Numbered from the stretch's first letter, positions 10,514 to 20,737 are shown. The stretch: DNA of 64,000 nucleotides from Candidatus Dadabacteria bacterium (GCA_963805855.1 CAWDVW010000005.1:1-64000); one strand, 5' to 3'. Notes: a model not told the origin generated them from the sequence alone. Translations and numbers: made by a program.

Positions 10514-11980
10514 CTATTCAATTCTATAATTGGGAGCTTCCTTTGTTATAATAACATCGTGAACATGGCTTTCACGAAGACCTGCATGCGTCACTCTTAT
10601 AAAATTAGTATTTTCCTTAAGCTCGGGGATAGTACGGCAACCTGTATATCCCATTCCCGCTTTCAATCCGCCAACAAGCTGAAAGATCACTCCACCAAGT
10701 GATCCTCTATATGGAATCCTACCTTCAATGCCCTCAGGGACAAGCTTCGCATCAATCATCTCATCCTGCGCGTAACGATCACGACTCCCCTTTTTCATTG
10801 CTTCTAATGAACCCATCCCACGGTAAACCTTGTGTGTCCTTCCCTGAAAGAGGACCACCTCACCTGGTGCTTCATCCGTACCGGCAAACAGGTTTCCAAT
10901 CATCACAGAATCAGCCCCAGCACCAATTGCCTTAGGAATATCACCAGAGTATTTGATTCCTCCATCTGCTATCAAAGGAATGCCATTTTTCCCTGTCACC
11001 TCCGCTACATTTCTTATTGCCGATATCTGGGGCACCCCAATGCCAGCAATAACCCTGGTAGTGCAAATTGACCCTGGCCCCACGCCAACCTTAACCGCAT
11101 CTGCACCCGCCTTTATCAAAGCCTCAGCACCCTCAGCAGTTCCTACATTGCCAGCAATAATTTCTATACCGGGGAAATTTCTTTTACTGGAAACTATGGC
11201 ATCAATTACTCTTTTTGTATGGGCATGCGCGGTATCAATTACTATAACGTCACAACCGACTCTCAAGAGCGCCTCGATTCTTGCTTCTCTTTCAGTATTT
11301 ATTCCGACTGCAGCGCCGCACCTCAGCCTTCCGATTTCGTCTTTGCACGCTCTTGGGTGCTTTTCTATCTTTTCAATATCTTTCATTGTAATGAGACCCC
11401 GAAGTCTAAATTCCTCATTTACGACCGGCAACTTTTCAATTTTATATTTATGAAGTAGTTCAGTCGCTTCCTCCAATGTCGTTCCTTCACTGACAGTAAT
11501 TAGTTTTTTCTTTGGAGTCATTAATTTATCGACTCTGTAGTGAAGATTCTTCTCAAACCTGAGATCCCTGTAAGTTATGATGCCTAAAAGTTTACCGTCT
11601 GCGTCCGTGACAGGCAGTCCGGTGATGTTATGTTTCAGCATTATATCCAGCGCATCTTGAACACTGTGCTTAGGTCGCACTGTCAATGGATTAACTATCA
11701 TCCCACTCTCATATTTTTTGACCATTTCAACTTCAGCGGCTTGCGATGTGATATCCAGATTCCTATGAATAATTCCGATACCCCCTTCCTCAGCCATTGC
11801 TATTGCTGTCTTTGCTTCAGTCACTGTATCCATTGCCGCACTGATAATTGGGATATTTAGACTTATCCGGGCAGTAAGATTAGTGGATACTTCTACTTCG
11901 CTGGGGAGAACCTCTGAATAGGAAGGTAGCAAAAGAACATCATCAAAGGTTAGCGTTTCCTCGATATTGTCCCTCGACAT
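10514..11980 (-). CDS. guaB: IMP dehydrogenase
   Basis: [11 protein letters not shown] pair, [17 protein letters not shown]. Confidence 0.98.
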   Translation of the reverse strand: MSRDNIEETLTFDDVLLLPSYSEVLPSEVEVSTNLTARISLNIPIISAAMDTVTEAKTAIAMAEEGGIGIIHRNLDITSQAAEVEMVKKYESGMIVNPLTVRPKHSVQDALDIMLKHNITGLPVTDADGKLLGIITYRDLRFEKNLHYRVDKLMTPKKKLITVSEGTTLEEATELLHKYKIEKLPVVNEEFRLRGLITMKDIEKIEKHPRACKDEIGRLRCGAAVGINTEREARIEALLRVGCDVIVIDTAHAHTKRVIDAIVSSKRNFPGIEIIAGNVGTAEGAEALIKAGADAVKVGVGPGSICTTRVIAGIGVPQISAIRNVAEVTGKNGIPLIADGGIKYSGDIPKAIGAGADSVMIGNLFAGTDEAPGEVVLFQGRTHKVYRGMGSLEAMKKGSRDRYAQDEMIDAKLVPEGIEGRIPYRGSLGGVIFQLVGGLKAGMGYTGCRTIPELKENTNFIRVTHAGLRESHVHDVIITKEAPNYRIE

Positions 11981-11986
11981 GTTCTG

Positions 11987-12361
11987 TTATCCTTTTTTTT
12001 TCTTACGCGACTTTATAATGTTATTCGTTAATTTCTTGGATCGACCCCTGGTTTGTTTCGGAAGCTTTACAACTTTGGCCATCGGTGCTTGCTTTGCAGG
12101 GATTTTAATAATTTCGATAACCTTTTTCCTCATTTCAGGTAGCGTGACTCCGAGCTCAATTTCGATTTCCTGCTCCTTTTCACCAAGATTGACGAACACT
12201 GGAAGTACACCGACAAACGTTTTAGAATCTACTCGTTCAAATCCAAGAGCCTTTAGCAGCTTTTTGGGCAACACAGGGAACTGCAGTATAGCAACATCAG
12301 CAGTTTCCTGGGGAAGCAAACCATCCTGACTTACACTTATCTTTAGCCTTGTCGATTTCAT
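11987..12361 (-). CDS. Hypothetical protein with Lys/Arg-rich C-terminus
   Basis: 124-aa ORF ending 6 bp before the guaB start; no family recognised. Confidence 0.6.
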   Translation of the reverse strand: MKSTRLKISVSQDGLLPQETADVAILQFPVLPKKLLKALGFERVDSKTFVGVLPVFVNLGEKEQEIEIELGVTLPEMRKKVIEIIKIPAKQAPMAKVVKLPKQTRGRSKKLTNNIIKSRKKKKG

Positions 12362-12580
12362 CTATCCTAAAAAAAAATTAAATTAGTCTGTAGATTTTCA
12401 CTTAAAATCAATAAATCCTTCACATACAGATTTTTACCTTTTCTATGATAACAATCCTGGAAGAATCGCCGTCTTTTGTTAATTCGAGAAATCCTAATAT
12501 AAGTACTTTATTATACTAGAAATATCGAAAAACATCAATAGCGATCATGACGTAGCGATATAAACATTGATGTATCATCA

Positions 12581-13744
12581 TTAATCATCCGATGCCGTCT
12601 CGAATTCCGACACGTCTATATCATATTTCAATCCCAAGATTCTCCTTTTTGATGGGAAAACAATGTAAAAAGGGATCGATTCCCCGGGCTTAATTCCATA
12701 GTTAAGCCCGGCCAGTCTTCTTGGGTCGTTAAAATCTATATCACCGCTTTTTCTCTTTAGTTTCAATATTGTATCCTCAATCGGAAGGGTCTTGAGCTCA
12801 TTTTCTGACAGTGAATTCCCCGCATAAACCGATTGCTCATAAACATTCTCTCCAGCACTCTTAAACTCGCTCTTGATTTTAACAAAATTGACTACTTTAC
12901 TAGAATTATTGGTAATCTGACCAGACACGAGGTACACAAGACCATTTCTCGTACTTACCCACCTACCAACGCTGCCCGTGACCACAACATCACCGGAAGA
13001 GATCTTTGGAAGTGTAAACGCAAACTTTGATCGTAAATAATTACCATAGCCAGAAATCTTCTCACTCGATATCAACTCAAGACTCATCAATATCGTAAGA
13101 ACTGCGACAATTATGATAAGGGTAAATAATAGTACGATGATATAGCTGAAAGCACTTTTTAAAATACTGCCCCCAGATTTTTCCCCTGTATAAACTCCCC
13201 GTTCGGGTTCATAGTAAGATGATCCGGACGTCTCAATATTTGTTTTTAAGACCTTCTCGCTGTCTACATCAAGCCTTTCGGAATAAGATTTTCTAACAGC
13301 GGAAACCCGTTCATGGTCTATTCCACTTTCTAACGTGTCAGAGTTAGCCTCGAATGACTCCTCTTCAGGATCATCGAATAATTTTGGATAGGTATATTGC
13401 TGATCCTCTGTTTCGCTGTCCACTCGCAACTCCCGCCAATTAAAGACTTTATGGTGATCACCTTTGTTATCAGCATCGATTTGCTTTTCCTTGTCGGCAT
13501 CACTTTTTAAATCGACGCTTTCTTTGTCATCTCCAACTTTGCTTTCTTTTGAATCCATATCCGGCATATCGAAAAAATCTATCGTTTCTTCCTCATATCG
13601 AGCCTCTGATTTCCCTCGATTCAACTCTCGTTCAAGATAAAAAACTTCACCACAATTCGAGCAACCAAACCAGATGCCTGAGGTGGCTATCTTTGACTCC
13701 TCAAGATTGTATATGTTACTACAATAATTGCATCTTACAATCAT
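12581..13744 (-). CDS. Zinc-ribbon (MJ0042-type) / acidic linker / TM / DUF3426-like protein
   Basis: MIVRCNYC...GCSNCGEVF, an acidic spacer, one TM helix and an Ig-like C-terminus (VSGQITN...IKPGESIPFYIVF). Confidence 0.75.
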   Translation of the reverse strand: MIVRCNYCSNIYNLEESKIATSGIWFGCSNCGEVFYLERELNRGKSEARYEEETIDFFDMPDMDSKESKVGDDKESVDLKSDADKEKQIDADNKGDHHKVFNWRELRVDSETEDQQYTYPKLFDDPEEESFEANSDTLESGIDHERVSAVRKSYSERLDVDSEKVLKTNIETSGSSYYEPERGVYTGEKSGGSILKSAFSYIIVLLFTLIIIVAVLTILMSLELISSEKISGYGNYLRSKFAFTLPKISSGDVVVTGSVGRWVSTRNGLVYLVSGQITNNSSKVVNFVKIKSEFKSAGENVYEQSVYAGNSLSENELKTLPIEDTILKLKRKSGDIDFNDPRRLAGLNYGIKPGESIPFYIVFPSKRRILGLKYDIDVSEFETASDD

Positions 13745-13940
13745 ATCTCTGACTATCTAAATTCATTCTCATACCACCGGGCCTAGCAAATTACCAACCA
13801 GCCATATTTTCTAGAAAATTATCGCTAATCCCGGCCGATGTCAAGATTAAAGCTACTTTCAGTATTATGAATGTGAAATACGAAAAAGTTAATAGGGAGG
13901 TCAGAAGATTTGGAAAAGGATTTTTACCATATTGTACAGA

Positions 13941-13980
13941 ATAACACTGCCAGGTCTGCACCATGCCCTGGCAGTGTTAT
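13941..13980 (-). terminator. Long hairpin downstream of amtB (probable terminator)
   Basis: Perfect 14-bp inverted repeat ATAACACTGCCAGG / CCTGGCAGTGTTAT, 17 bp after the stop. The U-tract is weak. Confidence 0.55.
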
Positions 13981-13997
13981 GATTATAGTCCTTGCCG

Positions 13998-15371
13998 TCA
14001 AATAGAATAACTAGTTTCATTATGTTGGCTCAAATCCAAACCCAATAGCTCCTCTTCTTCGGTCACCCTCAGTCCCATAGCAGCCTTGAGAATAGAGAGT
14101 ATAACCAGAGTGCCAATAAAGACGAAAACCCATGTCGCAACTACAGCAATAAACTGAATCAAGAACTGTTTCGGATTTCCGAAAAATAGACCGTTGCTTC
14201 CACCGGGATTGACAGCCAATGAGGCAAATAGGCCTGTAGCCAATGCACCCCAAGTCCCCCCTACCCCATGAACACCCACAACATCAAGTGCATCATCATA
14301 ACCAAGCTTAGCCTTGAAATTAACTGCGAGGTAACAGAACACGCCGCCCCCAATTCCGACGATGATAGCGGATACGGGACTCACAAAACCTGCTGCAGGA
14401 GTGATTGAAACTAGTCCGGCTACGGCCCCGGTTGCTGCTCCCAAAACCGTTGGTCTACCCGTGATCATCCATTCACAAAACATCCAAGTCAGAGCCGCAG
14501 CAGCAGTCGCAGTATTAGTCGTAACAAAAGCAAGGGCTGCTAGCCCATCCGAAGCAAGCGCGCTACCGGCATTGAATCCGAACCACCCAACCCAAAGGAG
14601 TGAAGCCCCGATAATGCTAAATGGTAAATTATGGGGTGTAAGGGGTTCGTATCCATATCCAATCCTTTTACCAAACATTAATGCCGCTACCAATGCTGCT
14701 GCCCCAGAACTTATATGCACCACAGTACCTCCCGCAAAATCCAATGCACCCATAGATCCTATCCAGCCTCCACCCCAAACCCAGTGAGCGAGAGGATCGT
14801 ATATAAAAGTTGCCCACAGGAGAACGAAAACTATAAAGGTACTAAACTTAACCCTTTCTGCAAAGGCTCCCGTTATTAGAGCAGGCGTGATAATCGCAAA
14901 TGTCATTTGAAAAAACATGAAAGCGTATTGGGGAATAGTTGAAGCATAGTCAGGATTGGGATCTGGACCAATCCCATTTAAACCAAACCAGTTAAGATTA
15001 CCAACAATTGAACCCAGATCCGGTCCGAAAGCAAGGCTGTATCCCCAGAGTACCCATTGAACGCTTATTAAAGCAGTTATAATGAAGCTGTGCATGATGG
15101 TGCCCAGCGCATTTTTCGATCTAACAAGCCCGCCATAGAATAGGAAAAGACCCGGTATCGTCATCATCAGGACTAGGACTGAAGATGTAAACATCCACGC
15201 CGTATCCCCCGTATCGAGCCCAGCAGCGGCGACTTCTGAGACGTCGTCAGGCTTAACTTCCAAAGGCTCCTGCGCAAAGGACAAGGTCATAGGTAATATG
15301 AATGCCACCGAAATAACCAATGCTAACACCAATCGTCGAGTTGTTATCCTCTTATCATTTAACCATTCCAT
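13998..15371 (-). CDS. amtB: Ammonium transporter
   Basis: FYGGLVR, DFAGGTVVH, WVGWFGFNAGS, DDALDVVGVHG (both conserved His present). Confidence 0.97.
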   Translation of the reverse strand: MEWLNDKRITTRRLVLALVISVAFILPMTLSFAQEPLEVKPDDVSEVAAAGLDTGDTAWMFTSSVLVLMMTIPGLFLFYGGLVRSKNALGTIMHSFIITALISVQWVLWGYSLAFGPDLGSIVGNLNWFGLNGIGPDPNPDYASTIPQYAFMFFQMTFAIITPALITGAFAERVKFSTFIVFVLLWATFIYDPLAHWVWGGGWIGSMGALDFAGGTVVHISSGAAALVAALMFGKRIGYGYEPLTPHNLPFSIIGASLLWVGWFGFNAGSALASDGLAALAFVTTNTATAAAALTWMFCEWMITGRPTVLGAATGAVAGLVSITPAAGFVSPVSAIIVGIGGGVFCYLAVNFKAKLGYDDALDVVGVHGVGGTWGALATGLFASLAVNPGGSNGLFFGNPKQFLIQFIAVVATWVFVFIGTLVILSILKAAMGLRVTEEEELLGLDLSQHNETSYSI

Positions 15372-15566
15372 TTATGATCCTCCTTATACTTAATCAATAT
15401 TTAGTGAAATCTAGATATCTGGTGAAATATTTGGTACCAAGCGGTAAACAATAAATAGAGATGATTGGGCTAACACTGATAGAACAATACTCTGGGAATC
15501 AACACTTTTTACGCAATGATACATCTCATACCTCTTAGTTTGGGCCGCGTTGGGCTTTAAGAATTT

Positions 15567-15582
15567 GCAAAATACATGCCAA
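15567..15582 (-). promoter_or_regulatory. sigma54 promoter of amtB
   Basis: Minus strand TTGGCATGTATTTTGC (GG-N10-GC). Confidence 0.8.
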
Positions 15583-15632
15583 CATTTGAGCCATTGATTT
15601 CTAAGGATAAAACGAAAAAAGATTAGGACCAT

Positions 15633-15670
15633 TGCTTAAGGCATAAGCAGATCTGCCTGTTATTTAGGCA
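15633..15670. promoter_or_regulatory. Tandem NtrC-like binding sites
   Basis: Two 17-bp TGC-N11-GCA palindromes (TGCTTAAGGCATAAGCA 15633-15649; TGCCTGTTATTTAGGCA 15654-15670), 21 bp apart centre to centre. Confidence 0.7.
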
Positions 15671-16122
15671 TGTCCATAATTTTAAAAACTTAAATACTCT
15701 GAGAGCAATAAGTAAATCAATTAATTACCGAAACAAATAGCGTCGCTTCGCAATTTCCCTGAGATTGCTCAGAAACTATTGAATAGCGCTCGGTAGCATC
15801 AAAATCTTAAGAGGAATAGCATAGTGTGGATCTACATTAGCCCTTACCGCCATATCATATCCCAGGACTCACAAAAGGTCAGATTGCAACGATGGATTTT
15901 TTGAGCAATTGTAATTACTGACTCTACGTAGATTTAAATTATCCTTCACGGAGGCGTTAATTATTTTTTGTCGTTTCATAACTCAATAAAGATTCAGGTC
16001 CTTGGTTTCATCCTGCGCGCAAATTTTGGATATCAGGCATCTATAATCTAAGGTGTATTGAAAATCTCCGTATGCTTATGTAATATTTAAAGAATAATTG
16101 TTTTGAGAAGGTAAATCATATA

Positions 16123-17085
16123 ATGAAAGAAATTAATCCATTCAAGTTACTCAAAGAAGAGATGGACAAACTCGTTATAGGACATGAAGATGTCAAAATG
16201 TCCTTGCTATTAGGTGTCCTATCAAGAGAGCATATATACATCGAAGGTCCCCCAGGTACTGCCAAAACAATGCTTGCCGAAATTATATCGAAGGCGGCTC
16301 ATTTGAAGTTCTTCTTCTACCAGTTGCACAGGGATACCAGACTTTCGGAACTCGTAGGTGATTTGGTTATTTCAAAAGAGACAGTAGATACTGGCGAATT
16401 GATTAAGCAAAAAATTGTAAAGGGTGGTATTCTAACCTCGGAAATTTGTCTTCTTGATGATATTTCTCGTGCCCCAGGTGAATCGTTAAATGTTTTACTA
16501 AGAATCCTGAATGAGAGAAAATTCCTTCAAGAGACTATTCCTCTTCTTACAGCTATTGCTACAAGCAACCCAACCGCTGATGAATATTATAACGAGCCGC
16601 TTGACCCAGCTAATCTAGATCGTTTTGTCCTCCAGATAAACGCTCAAGGGCTTTCTTACGGCAAGAAGTGGAATGAAGCAAAAGAAGTTATAAAGCTATA
16701 TACCGAACGTCCATTAGATTATGAAGTGCCGACAAGGGTGTCTAAGGAGGTCTTTGATGAATACTATCAAAGGCTTAATACAGTAGTCATTCCATCAGAA
16801 GTACAAGATGGACTCGCAAACTTTGTTACAACACTTATTGAAGATTATGGTCTAAATGAATCTAATTCGCTGATCTCTGACAGGACATTTTTCGTAAAAT
16901 CGCTCAAGATAATTAGATCCCACGCCCTCATCAATAACAGGGAAACCTGTAGTCTGGAAGACCTCATGGCCCTCAAATATATGACCGCATTTCGTCTACC
17001 TGAGGAAATATTTAAGAAAATCGAAGAAATCATTGAAGATATAGTCTCAAAAAAAAAACACCCAAGGATACAACAAGCAAATTAG
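16123..17085 (+). CDS. MoxR/RavA-family AAA+ ATPase (short, zero-frame product)
   Basis: IEGPPGTAKT, LLDDISRA (Walker B variant), LLRILNERKF, ATSN, LDRF, ISDR. Confidence 0.88.
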   Translation: MKEINPFKLLKEEMDKLVIGHEDVKMSLLLGVLSREHIYIEGPPGTAKTMLAEIISKAAHLKFFFYQLHRDTRLSELVGDLVISKETVDTGELIKQKIVKGGILTSEICLLDDISRAPGESLNVLLRILNERKFLQETIPLLTAIATSNPTADEYYNEPLDPANLDRFVLQINAQGLSYGKKWNEAKEVIKLYTERPLDYEVPTRVSKEVFDEYYQRLNTVVIPSEVQDGLANFVTTLIEDYGLNESNSLISDRTFFVKSLKIIRSHALINNRETCSLEDLMALKYMTAFRLPEEIFKKIEEIIEDIVSKKKHPRIQQAN

Positions 17086-18230
17086 AACCGCAGACATCTG
17101 AATTTGATCAGGATCTACCAGGAGATCAGCCAAGAGAATCTCCTGACCAAGAGCAAAATAAACAAAAGGACCAACTTTCAGAAGCCCGAAAGACATTTCT
17201 TCAAGCCCTAAAAGAACTGAAAGATAATATCCAGAAGGAAAGCGCCAGCGGTGCCCCCCCTTCAGATCAAAACCTTCCAGATGAAAGTAGTGGACACGAA
17301 AGCGGGATCGAAGACTCGAGTGATGACCGTGTGCTGCCGTTTTCAGAAAAGGTTTACGCAAGTAAATCTCCCCGCCCAGGGAATGAAGAAGAATACTGGA
17401 TTGATGGTAAAAAAATCTATTCGAGTGCCGACAATGTCAAGATAATCATGAAGGTTCTTGAGGGGAACATCCAGAGGAGCATGGCATTAGACGCTCCTCA
17501 TCCAGGCGGGTTACCCAGAAGATGGAAGAAAATGAACTACTTTGAGGAAATGGAAGACGTTGATCTATTTGAAGGAATTTTCTGGGCTGAACACACAACG
17601 CCGACGCTTCCAAGGGTTCATAAACGGGAAAAGGAAATCATGGGGGGGGAGATCGCAATTCTGAGAGATGTCAGTACCTCAATGATGGGTGTTTATAGTG
17701 AGTGGTCTTCCTCGGTAGTCCGAGGAGTGATTGAGCTGGCAAGGATCAAGAAGATGAAGGTTGGTTATATCGAATTCAATCACCGTTCCTACATGTACAA
17801 GCGAAACGCGAAATTCTTTACAAGAGATTACAACTGGATGATGGAACTCGCCTCGAAGAACGAGTGCTCAGGCAATACAAATTATGAAGATGCATTAAAG
17901 GGGGCACTGTCCGAATTCAAAGGCAGAGGACTCAGAAATAAACATATTCTTTTTATAACAGATGGTATTCCCACTTCAGGTGATTGCGAGGTTCCCAATG
18001 AAAGAACGAGGGCAAAAAAACTTGGAGTCCGCATTCACTCTATATTTATAGGTTCTAAGAATTATCCAAAGATACTTGAGCGGATCTCTACTGAAACAAG
18101 TGGAACTCAGTTTATCGCATCACGTGAAAGAGACGGTCTCATAAAAATAGAAAGAAAAGAAAAGAAATACTTTGCGCCTAAGACCGAAAAACAGCATATA
18201 GATCCTTTTACTAAGGCGTTTTCCCGATAG
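17049..18230 (+). CDS. Acidic linker + von Willebrand factor A domain in the -1 frame (likely C-terminal extension of the AAA+ protein)
   Basis: The frame is open from 17037 to 18230 and its first possible start is GTG 17331, without a clear SD. MIDAS motifs DVSTSM, GNTNY and FITDG are present. Confidence 0.8.
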   Translation, partial: KKKTPKDTTSKLEPQTSEFDQDLPGDQPRESPDQEQNKQKDQLSEARKTFLQALKELKDNIQKESASGAPPSDQNLPDESSGHESGIEDSSDDRVLPFSEKVYASKSPRPGNEEEYWIDGKKIYSSADNVKIIMKVLEGNIQRSMALDAPHPGGLPRRWKKMNYFEEMEDVDLFEGIFWAEHTTPTLPRVHKREKEIMGGEIAILRDVSTSMMGVYSEWSSSVVRGVIELARIKKMKVGYIEFNHRSYMYKRNAKFFTRDYNWMMELASKNECSGNTNYEDALKGALSEFKGRGLRNKHILFITDGIPTSGDCEVPNERTRAKKLGVRIHSIFIGSKNYPKILERISTETSGTQFIASRERDGLIKIERKEKKYFAPKTEKQHIDPFTKAFSR

Positions 18231-19233
18231 TTCCCGATCGCTTTTGATATTTGTGCACCGCCTTGACATGATCCCTGTAATTTGTCGAAAACTCGTGTCC
18301 TCCTTCGCCGTTTGCTACAAAGTACAGATAATTGAAATCGGCTGGATGTAAAGCTGCTTCGAGCGATGCTTTTCCCGGGTTTGCTATTGGCCCCGGGGGA
18401 AGACCGGAGATTAGATAAGTATTGTAGTTTGATTTCATTTTCAATTTTTCCCTCGTTAGATCTCCATCGAAATTGTTGCCCAATGCGTATATCACGGTAG
18501 GATCGCTCTCTAGACGCATACCTAGTCTTAGCCTATTATGAAATACCTCCGATATCAAATTTCTTTCTGACGGATCCCCAGTTTCCTTCTCGATGATTGA
18601 TGCCAATGTTACTATCTCCTGATCACTAAGACTTATTCCATCTCGGCTGCTCTTAAGCGAATTCCATACACTCTTGAATCTTGACGTCATCATATTTATA
18701 AGCTCTTCAGCGGTGACACCCTTTTTGTAATAATAGGTTTCAGGGAAAAGATAGCCTTCAAAGCTAGTTGATGGTTTTCCAATAAATTCCGTCGCAAGAT
18801 CAGCTCTTCTGGCCTTCTCAATGAATTCTTCACTGGAAACGACTCCCTTTGTCTCGAGGAGATCCGCTATCTCATAAATATTGAGTCCTTCCGGTATGGT
18901 TATTTTCCTCACTATTACATCGCCACGCACTATTTTTTCAATTACATCCGATACCGATTCTCCCGGACTAAATTCGTACTCCCCGGCTTGCAACCTATTC
19001 TGTTTCCCTTTGAACATGACGAACAGGATGAGGAACTTATCGCTTTTCACAACTCCACATTCTTCAAGCTTAGCCGCTATTTCACGTAGTCCCATCCCTC
19101 GCGATATTTCAAAAATCACTTTCTTAGTATTGGACGGAAGGAAATAGTTAAAATAGACAAAGCACACAGAAGGTATTAACAATAAAACTAACGCCAACGA
19201 TATTATGACTAATCTATTATTCAGAAACTTCAT
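18211..19233 (-). CDS. mltG: Endolytic murein transglycosylase
   Basis: N-terminal TM, AGEY, TIPEG, EGYLFPETY, LASIIEKET, GLPPGPIANPG, YLYFVA. Confidence 0.95.
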   Translation of the reverse strand: MKFLNNRLVIISLALVLLLIPSVCFVYFNYFLPSNTKKVIFEISRGMGLREIAAKLEECGVVKSDKFLILFVMFKGKQNRLQAGEYEFSPGESVSDVIEKIVRGDVIVRKITIPEGLNIYEIADLLETKGVVSSEEFIEKARRADLATEFIGKPSTSFEGYLFPETYYYKKGVTAEELINMMTSRFKSVWNSLKSSRDGISLSDQEIVTLASIIEKETGDPSERNLISEVFHNRLRLGMRLESDPTVIYALGNNFDGDLTREKLKMKSNYNTYLISGLPPGPIANPGKASLEAALHPADFNYLYFVANGEGGHEFSTNYRDHVKAVHKYQKRSGTIGKTP

Positions 19234-19250
19234 TTCGAAGATTCATTCGG

Positions 19251-20408
19251 TTAAATTAATTCAGACTTTTCTTTCAAAATCACAACCAAATCATCCCTGT
19301 GAATTATTTCGTCGCCATACTTATATCCCAGTATGCTCTCAATACTGGTTGATTTAGCGCCAAGTATCTTTCTTATCTCGTCAGAGCCGTAACTGGCAAG
19401 CCCCCTAGCAATTTCAGATCCATTTTCATCTATACATCTCACCGACTCACCCAATTCAAAATTGCCTTTAACCCCTATGATCCCGGATGGAAGCAGACTT
19501 TTCCCCAGGGAGGCAATGGCCCTTTTTGCCCCATTATCTATTATTAAATCTCCAGATGGCTTAAGCGTAAATGCTATCCAATGCTTTCTCCCTCTAATTC
19601 TCTCGTTAGATGGTATAAAGAGCGTGCCAATCATCGCACCCGAAAATATATTCGCCAGAGCAGACTGCCTCTTGCCATTTGCTATTATCGTAGGAACTCC
19701 AAAGGCGGCGGCCGCCTTGGCTGCCTCGATCTTCGTTTTCATACCTCCTGTTGTTGTCTTTCCATAAGTCTCACCTGCCATTTTTTGAATTTTCATGTCT
19801 ATTTCATTTATTACGGAAATGAATTCGGCATCTCTGTGATTTCGAGGATCATTTGTATATAGTCCATCAATATTTGTAAGAAGAACTAAAAGATCGGCCT
19901 CTATCAGACTTGTTACAAGTGCTGCAAGATTATCGTTGTCCCCAAACATAATTTCTTCTACAGCCACTGTATCGTTTTCATTAATAATAGGGATAATTCC
20001 GATTCTTAACAGCGTAAGAAGGGTTTTTCTCGCATTCAAAAATCTCCTTCTGTCAGAAAGTCCGTCATGGGTCAAGAGTATTTGGGCAACCCTCTCTCCA
20101 AATTCAGAAAAAGCGCGTTCATAATTCCACATCAAAGCGCTTTGTCCACATGCTGCGATAGCTTGCTTCATTGAAACATCCGTGGCTTTTTTCTTAAGGC
20201 CAAGCTTTTTCATTCCAGATGCTATTGCTCCAGAAGACACTACAACCGTTTCAATCTTTTTAGATTTTAATTTTGAAATGCCACTGGCAACCTCGTAAAA
20301 CGCAGAATCCTGTATCTCTCCGTTTTCGTCTGTGAGTACACTGCTACCGATCTTTATTACAACTCTCTTAATCTTCGAGATAAATGCTTTTCTGCTAGTC
20401 GTTTTCAT
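19251..20408 (-). CDS. proB: Glutamate 5-kinase with PUA domain
   Basis: VIKIGSS, VSSGAIA, INENDTV, FGDNDNLAA, TGGMKTK. Confidence 0.97.
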   Translation of the reverse strand: MKTTSRKAFISKIKRVVIKIGSSVLTDENGEIQDSAFYEVASGISKLKSKKIETVVVSSGAIASGMKKLGLKKKATDVSMKQAIAACGQSALMWNYERAFSEFGERVAQILLTHDGLSDRRRFLNARKTLLTLLRIGIIPIINENDTVAVEEIMFGDNDNLAALVTSLIEADLLVLLTNIDGLYTNDPRNHRDAEFISVINEIDMKIQKMAGETYGKTTTGGMKTKIEAAKAAAAFGVPTIIANGKRQSALANIFSGAMIGTLFIPSNERIRGRKHWIAFTLKPSGDLIIDNGAKRAIASLGKSLLPSGIIGVKGNFELGESVRCIDENGSEIARGLASYGSDEIRKILGAKSTSIESILGYKYGDEIIHRDDLVVILKEKSELI

Positions 20409-20466
20409 GTGAAATAGTTTGAGTTTATTCTACACTAAAAAATATCCATCGTAGAGTTCAGGCGGC

Positions 20467-20495
20467 TTGACAACATCAGGGGTGCTTGCTATCTT
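20467..20495 (+). promoter_or_regulatory. sigma70 promoter of tRNA-Gly
   Basis: TTGACA-N17-TATCTT with an extended TG, 12 bp before the tRNA. Confidence 0.65.
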
Positions 20496-20507
20496 TAAAA
20501 GCTGAAA

Positions 20508-20584
20508 GCGGGAATAGCTCAGCTGGCTAGAGCGTCTCCTTGCCAAGGAGAAGGTCGCGGGTTCGAATCCCGTTTCCCGCTCCA
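20508..20584 (+). tRNA. tRNA-Gly(GCC)
   Basis: Acceptor stem GCGGGAA/TTCCCGC, anticodon arm TCTCC-TTGCCAA-GGAGA, T-loop GGTTCGAATCC, encoded CCA. Confidence 0.97.
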
Positions 20585-20654
20585 TTTGCTCATTCCGGCC
20601 GACATAAACCTCCAACATCTCACATATACTCACCCTATCCTATGAGGATAAACA

Positions 20655-20737
20655 GATTCATGATGCATGATACACGATACAAGATGGGTGTTTCTTTTCT
20701 GCATCTATCCTGCATCCTGGATCGTGCATCGTGTATC
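20655..20737. repeat. Inverted arrays of heptamer repeats (GATRCAN)
   Basis: GATTCAT GATGCAT GATACAC GATACAA ... CTGCATC CTGGATC GTGCATC GTGTATC. The same family occurs at 43303-43385. Confidence 0.75.

Noticed and set aside
10953-11453. Long antisense ORFs (e.g. 10953-11453, 14362-14787, 47631-48140, 51911-52579)
   Set aside because: They are shadows of well-supported genes on the opposite strand.
17331-18230. Independent VWA gene starting at GTG 17331
   Set aside because: There is no clear SD and the frame is open and linker-like back to the A10 run. Disfavoured, not excluded.
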